NCBI GenBank assembly: GCA_032128375.1
Contig: JAQBGU010000188.1
Location: 16,996-80,995, forward strand
From: Deltaproteobacteria bacterium
Lineage (GTDB): Bacteria > Myxococcota_A > UBA9160 > SMWR01
Reading direction: 5' to 3'
Length of the DNA: 64,000 nucleotides
Shown here: positions 55,181-64,000 of the stretch, piece by piece
Layout of the letters: every line of letters starts with the position of its first letter
Position numbering within the stretch: the first letter of the stretch is position 1
The notes under the pieces: model-generated
Database searches by the model: none
Seen by the model: the letters and a program-made list of their open reading frames with translations, nothing else
Told to the model about the DNA's origin: nothing
Made by a program: the position numbers and the translations under genes

Positions 55181-55993
55181 TCAGGCGTCCGACTTCAGCA
55201 CCGTGCGGATCGAGCACACCTCGTCGAGCAGGCGATCGAGGTCCTCGACCCGAATCTGGCAGGCACCATCGCACGGCGCGTTATCGGGGTCGGGGTGTAT
55301 CTCGACGAACAGCGCATCGATCCCGACGGCCGCTGCTGCTCGTGCCAGCGGTACAACAAAACGACGGTCGCCACTGCTGGCATCGTGCCCGGCGCCGGGG
55401 CGCTGCACCGAATGAGTCGCGTCGAAGCACACCGGGGCAAACTCGCGCAGCGTTACCAGACCGCGCATGTCGACAATCAAGTCGTTGTAGCCGAACGCCG
55501 AACCGCGTTCGGTCACCATGATTCCAACGTCGCCAAAGCTTCGGGCCTTTTCGACCGCAAGTCGGAGATCGTGCGGCGCGATGAATTGTCCGCGCTTGAT
55601 GTTCATCGGCAGCCCAGTAGCCGCGCAGGCCGCTATCAGGTCGGTTTGTCTACACAGAAACGCCGGAATCTGGAGCAGATCCGCGACTTCCGATACGATT
55701 TTCGCTTGGCCTGGCTCGTGAACATCTGTCGTAACCAACAATCCCGTTTCGGCCTTGACGTCCTCGAGAATTCGCATCCCCTCATCGATGCCGGGTCCTC
55801 GATAGGATTCCCGACTCGATCGATTTGCCTTGTCGAATGATGCCTTGAATATGACCGACAAGCCGTGACGGTCTCCGACCCCTGCCACTCCCAGCGCGCA
55901 CTCGAGCGCAGCGTCGCGGCTCTCGAGAACGTTGAGTCCCGAGATCAGGGCCAGGGGCGCCCCGGAGCCAATTTGAATATCACCGACGTTCAT
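55181..55993 (-). CDS. kdsA: 3-deoxy-8-phosphooctulonate (Kdo-8-P) synthase
   Basis: 'LALISGLNVLESRD', 'FKASFDKANRSS..SYRGPG', 'TDVHE', 'LQIPAFLCRQTDL' and 'FDATHSVQ'. The ATG at 55993 matches the E. coli-type N-terminus better than 56044. Confidence 0.92.
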   Translation of the reverse strand: MNVGDIQIGSGAPLALISGLNVLESRDAALECALGVAGVGDRHGLSVIFKASFDKANRSSRESYRGPGIDEGMRILEDVKAETGLLVTTDVHEPGQAKIVSEVADLLQIPAFLCRQTDLIAACAATGLPMNIKRGQFIAPHDLRLAVEKARSFGDVGIMVTERGSAFGYNDLIVDMRGLVTLREFAPVCFDATHSVQRPGAGHDASSGDRRFVVPLARAAAAVGIDALFVEIHPDPDNAPCDGACQIRVEDLDRLLDEVCSIRTVLKSDA

Positions 55994-56150
55994 GTTCTGG
56001 TCCCCCCACCCATCGTTCGGTAAATAGCGAGATCGGATCATCATGACTACCCCCTGAACCCCGCGGGGAAAAATGCGCCGACACTGCCAACGCTAAGCAC
56101 GGGCCGGATCTGTCGCTCCGGGGCCGGCACTCCTAGACTCCCGGCTTCGC

Positions 56151-58592
56151 ATGACACAGCTTCAATCCAGCTCATCGGTCGTCCGCGTGCCGTCCGGTGC
56201 GCCGATCCGGGTCGATCTGTTGATGCTCGAGGCCGATTCCCAGCCGGCCCGTTCGCCGACGGTACGGATTTTCGTCGGCACGCAGATGGGCCATGTTCGC
56301 GCCGAGCGGGTGCTTTCGTGGTCGATCCGGCAGCAGCGCTCCTCAGACCGCAACTACGCGATCCATTGGATTCGAAGCCTCGGCGGACCAGACGAACTCG
56401 AGCGCGCGGCATTCTGGGTTCCCCAGTTGTGCAGCGGTCGCGGGCGAGCGCTCTATTGCACGGTTGATCAGGTATATCTATCCGATCCCGCTGAACTTTT
56501 TGATCTCCCGCTGAATGGACACGCACTGCTCGGCCCAGCCTCAGGTGATAGCTCCGCACTGCTGATCGACTGCGCGAAGCTTGCGTCGGTGTGGTCGGTC
56601 GAGCGTGTGCTCACGGCGAGCCACCACGACCTCGAGCAGCAGGCCAGAGACCTCGGCGGGTCACTTCCCGCTGCTTGGGACGCCGTTGCGGACCACTATT
56701 CGGTCGGACGGTCGAGACGCGTCCGATACGCGGCCCTCCACACCCAGCCTTGGAGGCCTTTTCCCGATCGCTGCGTTTACCAAAGGCATCCGAACGAAGA
56801 CATCTGGAAAAAACTCGAGAGCGAAGCGAACAGCGCGGGATTTGAGGTGTTCTCGCGTTCTGCACCGAGTCGAGGGTTCGAGGTTTGCTTTCCATGCGGG
56901 CCGCCATCGAATCTGGCATTGAAGGCGAAACCGGTGCCTACCCTGAGCGAACTGCTCGACGCAGCCGGGTCGGAGCTCGTCGCCCACGATGTCTGCATTC
57001 GCCAATCGCTTGCACATCTGTCCAACAGGCGAGTATCGGTCTACACCCTCCACAGAGCTGATGAGTGGCGCCGCTACCTCGCCGAGCCGGTGGCAAACGA
57101 CCCGAAGCTCACTGCGCGTTGGGGCGCCTCTGACACTCGGATCCTCGATCCGAACGATTCTGCTGCAAGTCCCGCAGCACGAGCGGATGCAGTGATCTGC
57201 GCAAATACGCTGGATTTCGTGCCCAGCGAAGATCTTCCTTGGGTCCTTGGCGAGGTATTCCGAAGCGCTGAGTCTATGGTCCACTTGGGGATCCGACCGG
57301 CCGGGCGATCGTCTGGATTCCGCGCACGGCGCGGCCGTCCGGTGCGACGCACACAACCCTGGTGGATCGCACAGATCGAAACGGCAGCGAGCCGGCACCC
57401 CAGCGTTCATTGGCAGGCCGTCTTCGGCGCGGGAGCAGCCACCGAGGTACGCTGCGGCGGTCGTCATATCCGCAAGACCGCTCCGGCCGTGTGGGTTCTG
57501 AGTGACGACCGGCCGGGAAATACGTCGCAATCCACCGGGCTCGCAAACGCGCTTGGCTGGCCATACACGGTCAAGACCCTGCGTTTCTCGCCGGCCGCGC
57601 GGTTGCACAACCGACTGCTCGGAGCGTCTCGGGTCGGCGTCGATCGGCGCCGGTCTAGCGCGTTGCTGCCGCCGTGGCCGGACTTGGTGATTGCCGCGGG
57701 TCGACGTTCCGCTCCCGTCGCACAGTGGATTCGATTGCGAAACTTCGGACAGACTCGGCTTGTCCAACTCGGCCGAAAGGGCGGCGACGCGGCCGACCAG
57801 TTCGATCTGGTCGTGACGCCATCTTATGGACGGCTCGATCCGCATCCACGACGGATGGTCACGAGCGCCCCGATCCACAATATCAACCCAGAGCGAATCC
57901 GGCGGGCAACGAATCGCTTCTCGGACCTTCACGCAAACGCCAAACGACCCCGCATCGTCGTCCTGGTCGGCGGCTGGTCGGGCCAGTACCAGCTCGACCT
58001 GCGCAGCGCGCGGAAACTCGGCGAGGATGTCGATCGGTTGGCCAACGAAGTCGACGGCTCGATTTTCGCGACCACGAGTCGCCGGGCGGGCGATCGCGGC
58101 AGCGAAGCGTTCTGCACCGCGTTGTCAAGCCCCGCCCACGTCTATCGCTGGTCGGCCGCTGGCGCAGAAGAGAATCCGTATCTGGCCTTTCTCGGCCTCG
58201 CCGATGCGTTCGTTGCCACCGGAGATAGTGAATCGATGCTGTCTGAGGCAGCTTCTCTCGGACGCCCCGTGTATATCTACCCGCTTCCAGAGCGCGCATC
58301 GTATCGCTGGATGCGAATCGGGCGCGACTGGGTTTACGCTCGTGCACACGCTCGCAGAGGAGGGGTAGCGACCCAGCGTGGCCTGGAATACTGGTGCGCG
58401 CGATCGATCGACTGGGGCTTCGTGCGTCCAACCCGCGACCTGCGGGATCTACACGAGGGGCTGATTCGAGAAGGGGTCGCGCGACACTTCGGAGACTCGT
58501 TCGACACGAAACACTGCAAGCCATTCAACGCCGAGGGCAGGGTCGTGGAACGGGTCTGTGCGTTGGTCGGCTTCGGGGCAATCGTGAAGTGA
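56151..58592 (+). CDS. Multidomain protein with a C-terminal ELM1/DUF1022-family domain
   Basis: The C-terminal ~370 aa ('VWVLSDDRPGNTSQSTGLANALGWPY...PDLVIAAGRRSAPVA...VQLGRKGG...DLVVTPSY...VVLVGG') match the ELM1-type family. The N-terminal ~440 aa are unassigned, with weak glycosyltransferase-like and methyltransferase-like hints. Confidence 0.65.
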   Translation: MTQLQSSSSVVRVPSGAPIRVDLLMLEADSQPARSPTVRIFVGTQMGHVRAERVLSWSIRQQRSSDRNYAIHWIRSLGGPDELERAAFWVPQLCSGRGRALYCTVDQVYLSDPAELFDLPLNGHALLGPASGDSSALLIDCAKLASVWSVERVLTASHHDLEQQARDLGGSLPAAWDAVADHYSVGRSRRVRYAALHTQPWRPFPDRCVYQRHPNEDIWKKLESEANSAGFEVFSRSAPSRGFEVCFPCGPPSNLALKAKPVPTLSELLDAAGSELVAHDVCIRQSLAHLSNRRVSVYTLHRADEWRRYLAEPVANDPKLTARWGASDTRILDPNDSAASPAARADAVICANTLDFVPSEDLPWVLGEVFRSAESMVHLGIRPAGRSSGFRARRGRPVRRTQPWWIAQIETAASRHPSVHWQAVFGAGAATEVRCGGRHIRKTAPAVWVLSDDRPGNTSQSTGLANALGWPYTVKTLRFSPAARLHNRLLGASRVGVDRRRSSALLPPWPDLVIAAGRRSAPVAQWIRLRNFGQTRLVQLGRKGGDAADQFDLVVTPSYGRLDPHPRRMVTSAPIHNINPERIRRATNRFSDLHANAKRPRIVVLVGGWSGQYQLDLRSARKLGEDVDRLANEVDGSIFATTSRRAGDRGSEAFCTALSSPAHVYRWSAAGAEENPYLAFLGLADAFVATGDSESMLSEAASLGRPVYIYPLPERASYRWMRIGRDWVYARAHARRGGVATQRGLEYWCARSIDWGFVRPTRDLRDLHEGLIREGVARHFGDSFDTKHCKPFNAEGRVVERVCALVGFGAIVK

Positions 58593-60313
58593 GAGTCCTT
58601 TTCTACTTCGGCTCCCGCTACCCGATCCAGAGCGTCGTGGTGCTGCTGTGCCTGCTGGTGGCCGGTGCGTTGGAGGGCATCGGGCTCTCCGCGCTGATCC
58701 CCGTCCTGACGCTGGTAACGGAGTCGGGCTCGGATTCGTCCGAAACCTCGCAACTGGGCGCCGCGGTGAGCCATGCCTTCGCTGAAATCAACGTCCAGCC
58801 CTCCTTGCAGGTGCTGATTCCTGGCTTGATTGTCGTATTCTGGCTCAAGGCGTTCGTGCTCCTCTACGCCAAGCGAAATGTCGGCTACACGGTGGCTCGC
58901 GTAGCCACGGACCTGCGGCTCGAGCTGCTGCGAGCCTTACTGACAGCGCGCTGGAGCCACTTTACGCGGTTGCGATCGGGCGTCGCAGCGAACGCTCTGG
59001 CGACGGAGGCAGACCGCTCCTCTCAGACCTACCACCACCTGGTTCAGGTTTGCGGCTACGCGATCGAAGCCGTGCTCTACGTCGGGCTGGCACTCGCGAT
59101 CTCCTGGCAGGTGGCGGTCGGCGCGTTGGCCACGACGCTGTGTTCGCTGGGCGCCCTCGGAATTCTGGTTCGTCTCGCTGGACGGGCAGGACGCAAGCAG
59201 ACGAAGTCGATGAAATCGCTTCTCTCACGAGTCACAGACAGTCTGCAGGCCGTCAAGCTGCTCAAGGCCACCGGGCGCGAGCCGCTGATCGGTCCGTTGC
59301 TGGAGAGTGACACCAGGAAGCTGAACATCGCCCTACGCCGACAGGTTTTCAGCAAGGAAGCGCTTCGCGCGCTGCAGGAACCCATCATGGTGACCGCCGG
59401 CTGCGGGGGCATCTACGCCGGCTTCACGCTGCTCGATCTGCCGATCGCCGAGGTGATCCTGCTCGCGGCCTTGTTCGCACGAACGATTGACAGCTCCAAC
59501 AATATGCAGCGCAAGTATCAAGCCATGGTTACGGAAACGAGCGCACTTTGGAGCATGCGCGAGCTGATCGATCGGGCCATCGCTGACGAAGAGCGCATGC
59601 CTGAGGGAATCACTCCGACTCTCGACAAGGGCATCGAACTTCGAGGGATCTGCGTTCGTTACGACCAGGCGAAGATCCTCGACCGATTCGACATGGTGAT
59701 ACCCTTCGGACTCCTCACGGCCATCGTTGGCGAATCTGGGGCTGGAAAGACCACGGCGGCAGACCTGGTAACCGGGCTCGTGCGACCCGATGCGGGCGAG
59801 GTACTCATCGATGGAGTGCGGTTGGACGATCTCGACCTGCGCCGCTGGCGACAGCTCATCGGATACGTCCCGCAGGAGACGCTGATGCTCCACGACAGCG
59901 TTGCGGCAAACGTCGGCCTGGGTGATCCCGAATTGACAAGGGAGCGCATCGAGAGCGCGTTGCGAGACGCGGGAGCCTGGGATTTCGTATCGGCACTGCC
60001 AAATGGGATTGATTCGCCAGTCGGAGAATTCGGGGCGCTGCTTTCGGGCGGGCAGCGTCAACGGATCGCAATCGCGCGCGCGCTCGTTCACGGTGCGAAG
60101 CTCTTGATTCTGGACGAGGCCACAGCTGCTTTGGATCGGGAAAGTGAGGCGGCGCTCTGGCAGGCGATCCGCCGGCTACGAGGCCGCACGACGGTGATCG
60201 CGATCTCCCACCAGCCCGCACTGGTGGGGCTCGCCGATCAGATCTATCGCCTGGAAAATGGTCGTGCCAGCATCACCACTGCCTTCGGCGAAGCAGAACG
60301 CGCCGCCTCGTAA
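58589..60313 (+). CDS. ABC exporter, fused permease + ATPase (MsbA/lipid-flippase-like)
   Basis: 6 TM N-domain, then Walker A 'GESGAGKTT', signature 'LSGGQRQRIAIARAL' and Walker B 'LLILDEATAALD'. The in-frame GTG at 58589 overlaps the upstream TGA (GTGA) and is preferred over the track start at 58394. Confidence 0.88.
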   Translation: MRVLFYFGSRYPIQSVVVLLCLLVAGALEGIGLSALIPVLTLVTESGSDSSETSQLGAAVSHAFAEINVQPSLQVLIPGLIVVFWLKAFVLLYAKRNVGYTVARVATDLRLELLRALLTARWSHFTRLRSGVAANALATEADRSSQTYHHLVQVCGYAIEAVLYVGLALAISWQVAVGALATTLCSLGALGILVRLAGRAGRKQTKSMKSLLSRVTDSLQAVKLLKATGREPLIGPLLESDTRKLNIALRRQVFSKEALRALQEPIMVTAGCGGIYAGFTLLDLPIAEVILLAALFARTIDSSNNMQRKYQAMVTETSALWSMRELIDRAIADEERMPEGITPTLDKGIELRGICVRYDQAKILDRFDMVIPFGLLTAIVGESGAGKTTAADLVTGLVRPDAGEVLIDGVRLDDLDLRRWRQLIGYVPQETLMLHDSVAANVGLGDPELTRERIESALRDAGAWDFVSALPNGIDSPVGEFGALLSGGQRQRIAIARALVHGAKLLILDEATAALDRESEAALWQAIRRLRGRTTVIAISHQPALVGLADQIYRLENGRASITTAFGEAERAAS

Positions 60314-60408
60314 CGCGACGGCCGTTGCACCGGCTCGGCGGTTGGCTACTCGAGTCCATGTGCCGATGAACCTGACCCAGCTCGGTCAAACGCAGAACGC
60401 GCGACGGT

Positions 60409-61314
60409 CTAGCCTCGTTTGATATTGGCAGCGCGATGAGATTCGAACAGCGAAGCATCGATCAATTTTTCCGAGCCCTTCAGGAACGCGCGCTTGGTCC
60501 AATGCGCCAGGAAGTGCAGCTCGATGAAGGGCATTTCGGGTCTCAGCTCGAGATTGGCGTGCGACGCCAAACCGTCGAGGATGCGTTCGCGTTCAGCGGG
60601 GAACGCGCGAAGTATCGACTTGGCAATCCCACCGCCGATCAGCCGGTTGGGATACAAGTCTTCTACATCGATCGCCACCAGCCGATCATGTTCCGAAAGG
60701 ATGAAGTTTTTCGGCAGCGGGTCCAAGAAGTCGTAGCCGACCCAGACCTCGTTCGGGGTGATCCGGTTCAAACTGGCGGTGAGTTCCCGGCGCAGCTCGG
60801 TCGACAGAATCGAAACGTCGACCAGGAAGTCGAGATTCTCGCGAAGTTCGCGTTCGAAGTCGGTTTCGGAGAGCTTTACACGCCGGCGATCCACGTTGTA
60901 AATGACCGAGAAAAATCCGATGAACCGATCGACGCATGAGCCGTCGATCGGCTCGGGCAGTTCCTCTCCCGCCACGAACTCCAGAAGTAACTCATTGTCT
61001 TCCATGGCGATCAGAGTCGGGAACAAACCGGAATCGCGAAACGGCAACAGGTTTCGCGCTACAGCAGACGCGACATGAGAGTCCGGCAAACTGATTCGCT
61101 TGTAGGGGTGGCCACCGAGTTGGACCACACGCGCGTGCTTGACCCGAACGAATCGATTGAAGACGAATCGACGCAGAAGCACGCCTGCGCGTCTATACAG
61201 GGTGTACAGCGATCGCTGTGAAAATCGCGGGATCCGTTGCATGGACGAGCGAACTCCTCGGCGACCGTGAGATGAATTGTAGGGGACGGGCAACTCATCT
61301 CGGAGCAGATGCAT
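60409..61314 (-). CDS. Protein-kinase-fold protein, LPS/Kdo-kinase-like
   Basis: 'LLLEFVAGEEL' hinge-like segment, 'DPLPKNFILSEHDRLVAIDVEDL' (catalytic-loop D..N plus a metal-binding D, as in WaaP/KdkA-type kinases). 301 aa. The LPS gene context supports the call. Confidence 0.55.
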   Translation of the reverse strand: MHLLRDELPVPYNSSHGRRGVRSSMQRIPRFSQRSLYTLYRRAGVLLRRFVFNRFVRVKHARVVQLGGHPYKRISLPDSHVASAVARNLLPFRDSGLFPTLIAMEDNELLLEFVAGEELPEPIDGSCVDRFIGFFSVIYNVDRRRVKLSETDFERELRENLDFLVDVSILSTELRRELTASLNRITPNEVWVGYDFLDPLPKNFILSEHDRLVAIDVEDLYPNRLIGGGIAKSILRAFPAERERILDGLASHANLELRPEMPFIELHFLAHWTKRAFLKGSEKLIDASLFESHRAANIKRG

Positions 61315-61426
61315 GATACGACGCGATCAATCCGGGCGCCCGCTGGTTCGAGGCGGATCTGGCAGCCTTCACTGATTAACTGGACACGCGACCGAGAAAC
61401 CGTAGACTGCGGTCGCAGGAAACCGA

Positions 61427-63340
61427 ATGGCTCTGCAACTACGCACGTTTAGCAACATCGCCGGTGGCACTACGCTGTTCAAGGCGCTCGGCCACCCGGC
61501 AGTCGCGCCGCGCGCGCGCCGGCTCGTCGAGACGCTGTCGAAGAGCGGCCGGATTGCCGTCTACGACCCGGACGCTGTAGTGGCGGAGTTCGCGCAGCTC
61601 TACGATCTCGGATCGTGGCAGATCACCGGCAGCTACGTTCAGCAAGCGGACCAGTTCGGAAAAAAGAAGATACTGGGCTTGCTTGCCGAGCCCATCACTG
61701 ACCTGCCGCTGTCGAATGCCGACGTGCTGTTCATCGCGGCATTCGATGCCGACCCGCACCTGGTAGCGATCCGCCAGCTCGTGGCGCCGGGGATGCTGAT
61801 CGTCACGCTCGATGATCTGCGGATTGCCGACGGGATGCTATCGCGGACCGATCACTACTTGGACCCACTCAATTTCGCGAGCAATTTTGCGTTCTTTCGG
61901 GACTGCGATGGGCACCACACGCGGCTCGGGACCGTCAACTACTGGATGGGGTACGGGGCGGACCACGTATCGCTGTGGCTTTGTCTACTCGACGAATCCG
62001 GTATCGAGCTGGCGCAGTGGCTCGAACCGCTAGTGGACTCGGTTTCGACCATCGTCATCGACAGCCAGATGGTGCGGGAGCGCTTCGGCCTGCCGGGCTT
62101 CACCGGATCGCTGTTCATGCACGCAATCGGCGCTAGAGCACACGATGTCGTGAAGTACGCACTCGATCTGTACGGCGACAGCGACGAAGTGCTGTCGTGC
62201 ACGCACGATGCGAACGCATGGCCCGCGGAGAAGTACGCGGGATTGCCCGCGCCGCGCGAAGGCGAGCGCGTGCTGCTGTGGGTGCAGAACAGCCACCCCA
62301 CACCGATCCCGGCCGGCGCAATCGAACTTCGCGCCATGGGTTCAGAGCACCCAGTGAGCTTCGATGAGGTCATTCCTCCGTTCGGCACGAGCGCGATCGA
62401 CGTGGGCAAGCTGCTCCCGCGGCTTCGCTGGCCAGCACAGATCGAAATTGAGGCCGGCAATCATTTCGTGCGCCCGCGCTATGAGGTCGTCCGGTCCGAT
62501 GGGGTGCGCTGGATCGCACATGCCAATGTGGAGCGAACGGATCTCTCACCCGATCCAGCCATTGGGAAATTGGGACCCGCGTTCGGTAAGGGCTTCATTC
62601 TGCCGGCGCCGGTGCTTCCGGTATCGGACTATCGAACCATCCTCCTGCCGACACCGATGGCCACCGAGCAGCAAGAACTGGCCGTTCAGGTCACCGTATA
62701 CGACGCGCTTGGCCAAGTCTGCGCACGCCGACCGCTCGGTCGTATCGCCCGAGCGGATTCGCGGGTCGTGGAGATCGACTCACTCATGACCGACTGCCGC
62801 GAAGCGTTGGGTACGGGCTACGGCCACTTCGAACTCGCCTACGATCTATCCGACGGCGGCGAAGCGGACGGGTGGCTGCACGCGCTGTTCCGATACGAGA
62901 AACGCGATGGCTCCCATGGCGCCGATACCAGCTTCGGCGCGCACATGTACAACCTACCGGTGGTATTCCGAAACGAACCACAATCCTATACCGGCCCGGC
63001 GCCCGGCTTGAGCACCCGGCTGTTGCTGCGGCTCGGTTTCGGTGGACGCGAGACCTTCTGCCATTTGATCTACCCCGCGTCGGGCTCCTGGCTCGATTAC
63101 TCGTCGACGCGGCTCATGCTGTTCGACTCGGTTGGCAAGACGGTCGCAGAAAGAACCGTTCGAATTCCGATCAGCGGGTCGCTGCTGTGGCGATATGAGG
63201 AGATGTTCGACGCAGGCGAGCGCTCGGCAGCGCGCGATGGCTATCTGATCGTCAGAGACTCCACGTGTCGCCTGTTCGGGTTTCACGGGCTGGCTTCGCA
63301 AAGCGGCGCATTCAGCTTCGACCACATGTTCGGATACTGA
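61427..63340 (+). CDS. Hypothetical 637-aa protein (no family recognised)
   Basis: Long ORF with balanced composition in a coding-dense region. A Rossmann-like N-terminal ~130 aa is followed by three segments of similar style, each ending in an aromatic/His patch (SCTHDANAW / SFGAHMYN / SFDHMFGY). Confidence 0.6.
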   Translation: MALQLRTFSNIAGGTTLFKALGHPAVAPRARRLVETLSKSGRIAVYDPDAVVAEFAQLYDLGSWQITGSYVQQADQFGKKKILGLLAEPITDLPLSNADVLFIAAFDADPHLVAIRQLVAPGMLIVTLDDLRIADGMLSRTDHYLDPLNFASNFAFFRDCDGHHTRLGTVNYWMGYGADHVSLWLCLLDESGIELAQWLEPLVDSVSTIVIDSQMVRERFGLPGFTGSLFMHAIGARAHDVVKYALDLYGDSDEVLSCTHDANAWPAEKYAGLPAPREGERVLLWVQNSHPTPIPAGAIELRAMGSEHPVSFDEVIPPFGTSAIDVGKLLPRLRWPAQIEIEAGNHFVRPRYEVVRSDGVRWIAHANVERTDLSPDPAIGKLGPAFGKGFILPAPVLPVSDYRTILLPTPMATEQQELAVQVTVYDALGQVCARRPLGRIARADSRVVEIDSLMTDCREALGTGYGHFELAYDLSDGGEADGWLHALFRYEKRDGSHGADTSFGAHMYNLPVVFRNEPQSYTGPAPGLSTRLLLRLGFGGRETFCHLIYPASGSWLDYSSTRLMLFDSVGKTVAERTVRIPISGSLLWRYEEMFDAGERSAARDGYLIVRDSTCRLFGFHGLASQSGAFSFDHMFGY

Positions 63341-63435
63341 ACGCGCAAACGCCAAATCACGACACAACGAATCTCACTGTTACTGTCGAGGAGCCGCTTG
63401 TTGGTTTCTCGTTCCTTCGCACGGATGGATCGCCG

Positions 63436-64000
63436 ATGGATACCTACCTGGCACTCGTGCTCGCAGGGCGACGCGGCACGTCAGACCCACTCGACGGACT
63501 GCAAGCGGGAATCCATCCCGCGCTCATCGACGTCGGCGGCGTCCCGATGCTCGTGCGGGTGGTGCGCTCGCTGCGGGAATCCGACCGAATCGGGCGCATC
63601 GCGATCAGCATGGACGCGACGCTGGCACTCGACAACGCGGAGCTCGGCGCAGATGGTCGGCTTCTCTACCACCGAAGTCTCGATTCGCCGAGCCGCAGTG
63701 TGCAGGACGCGCTTTGGGGGCTTGCAACCGGTGCCCCGGTGCTCGTCACCACGGCGGACCACGCCTTGCTGACACCGGAGATCATCGCGTATTTCCTGGA
63801 CCGGGCCGATGCGTCGGGTACGGACCTCGCTGTGGGTGTCGTCGAAGAATCCGTGATTCGCGCTGCGTATCCGGAGACGACTCGAACCTACCTGCGCTTT
63901 CGCGAAGGCGGTTACTCGGGAGCCAACCTGTTCGCGTTTCGCACGCCGTCGGCGTCAAGAGCCGCCGAGTTCTGGGTGAAAGCGGAACAGTTTCGCAAAC
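63436..64000 (+). CDS. MobA-like nucleotidyltransferase (NTP_transf_3-type), 3'-truncated by the window edge
   Basis: Not in the supplied ORF track. My translation from the ATG at 63436 reads MDTYLALVLAGRRGTSDPL...PALIDVGGVPMLVRVVRSL...VLVTTADHALLTPEIIAYFL... with no stop up to 64000. Confidence 0.65.
   Translation, partial: MDTYLALVLAGRRGTSDPLDGLQAGIHPALIDVGGVPMLVRVVRSLRESDRIGRIAISMDATLALDNAELGADGRLLYHRSLDSPSRSVQDALWGLATGAPVLVTTADHALLTPEIIAYFLDRADASGTDLAVGVVEESVIRAAYPETTRTYLRFREGGYSGANLFAFRTPSASRAAEFWVKAEQFRK

Noticed and set aside
1-64000. Mobile element, prophage, genomic-island boundaries or defence systems
   Set aside because: No integrase, transposase, recombinase, phage structural gene, terminal inverted repeats, flanking tRNA, or recognisable restriction, toxin-antitoxin or Cas components were seen on either strand.

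Overview
GC-rich chromosomal segment from a diderm, LPS-making bacterium. I recognised no rRNA, tRNA, CRISPR array, transposase or integrase. The window has four parts. (1) About 1-33 kb is one large cell-surface polysaccharide locus. It has four GT4 glycosyltransferases, a Wzy/O-antigen-ligase-like polymerase and a GT39/ArnT-like membrane transferase. Precursor genes are UDP-glucuronate decarboxylase, galE, an NDP-sugar 6-dehydrogenase and a WbpB/WbpD/WbpE-like operon. Decorating enzymes are unusually dense: two MBOAT + SGNH-like pairs, hexapeptide acetyltransferases, a PAPS-type sulfotransferase and a NodU/CmcH-type carbamoyltransferase. The locus also holds a heparinase II/III-like protein, an MBL-fold protein and a 1105-aa secreted discoidin/NPCBM protein. 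(2) About 31-41 kb holds small redox and hydrolase genes, several of them visibly decayed: GNAT, AhpD/CMD-like, metallophosphoesterase, TauD-like and a VOC fragment. The AhpD-like remnant has an in-frame TGA exactly at the second Cys of its CxxC motif, followed by a hairpin, so it is a weak selenoprotein candidate. (3) 41-51 kb is housekeeping (lysA, lspA, an RND/MMPL exporter, HAD, recQ) plus two small putative nucleoid-type proteins. (4) 52-64 kb is an LPS/Kdo neighbourhood: a fused LptF-LptG permease, kdsA, an ELM1-domain multidomain protein coupled to an MsbA-like ABC exporter, a kinase-like protein, a 637-aa unknown protein and nucleotidyltransferases. Short tandem repeats of 14, 10, 9 and 7 bp and an 830-bp structured non-coding gap are also noted. 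All functional calls come from motif recognition by eye, and no database search was run.
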